Translations under genes and position numbers: made by a program
Shown here: positions 26,145 through 26,277 of the stretch, piece after piece
Position numbering within the stretch: position 1 is the first letter of the stretch
Layout: each line of letters starts with the position of its first letter
Assembly: GCA_013298485.1 (NCBI GenBank)
Contig: JAAFHS010000002.1
Span: forward strand, 1-26,277
Origin: Rhodobacterales bacterium
GTDB taxonomy: Bacteria; Pseudomonadota; Alphaproteobacteria; Rhodobacterales; Rhodobacteraceae
Length of the DNA stretch: 26,277 nucleotides
Direction: 5' to 3'
Notes under the pieces: model-generated
The model's database searches: none
What the model was told of the DNA's origin: nothing
The model's input: only the letters and a program-made list of their open reading frames with translations

Positions 26145-26277
26145 ATGACCCCCGAACGTCTGCCGCATGAAAAGGGTTTTCACGTCAGCTGGGACCAGAT
26201 TCACCGCGATGCGCGCGCACTGGCCTGGCGGCTGGATGGCAAGGGGCCGGATGCGGGCGCATGGCGCGCGGTGGTGG
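26145..26277 (+). CDS. gpt: Xanthine phosphoribosyltransferase; partial, runs off the right edge
   Basis: Manual translation [44 protein letters not shown] matches the alphaproteobacterial Gpt N-terminus; AAGGA RBS. Confidence 0.88.
   Translation, partial: MTPERLPHEKGFHVSWDQIHRDARALAWRLDGKGPDAGAWRAVV

Noticed and set aside
1-26277. CRISPR arrays, rRNA, riboswitches, toxin-antitoxin or defence genes
   Set aside because: No regularly spaced repeats or recognisable motifs for these were seen; almost all of the sequence is accounted for by the listed genes and short intergenic regions.

Overview
This is a GC-rich alphaproteobacterial window, most likely Rhodobacteraceae/Paracoccaceae (inferred from the pdxH-fabI-gpt and cold-shock-DUF192-tRNA-Pro arrangement). 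The left ~21 kb is accessory metabolism in three blocks. (1) A serine-cycle-type cassette (sgaA, mcl, mtkA running off the left edge) divergent from an ScfR/RamB-PrpR-family regulator. (2) A four-gene PotD/AfuA-type ABC importer of unknown substrate. (3) A long minus-strand run: LacI regulator, CUT1 sugar/polyol ABC importer with two ATPases and a 62-aa membrane protein, fused DhaK/L kinase, choline-kinase-like phosphotransferase, and a GcvT-family FAD oxidoreductase. The right ~5 kb is housekeeping-like: tRNA-Cys(GCA), selO/ydiU, tRNA-Pro(UGG), DUF192, two-domain cold-shock protein, pdxH, fabI, a LysE-family exporter and the 5' end of gpt. I saw no CRISPR array, integrase, transposase or phage gene. 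The most notable observations are a tRNA-Cys with concerted non-canonical core bases, a serine-cycle cassette paired with an ScfR regulator and a candidate operator, an uncharacterised kinase plus GcvT pair behind an RBS-occluding hairpin, a matched pair of LacI operators, and two types of REP-like element. All product calls come from motif recognition by eye, not database searches, and several starts were moved downstream of the ORF-track starts using RBS and overlap evidence.
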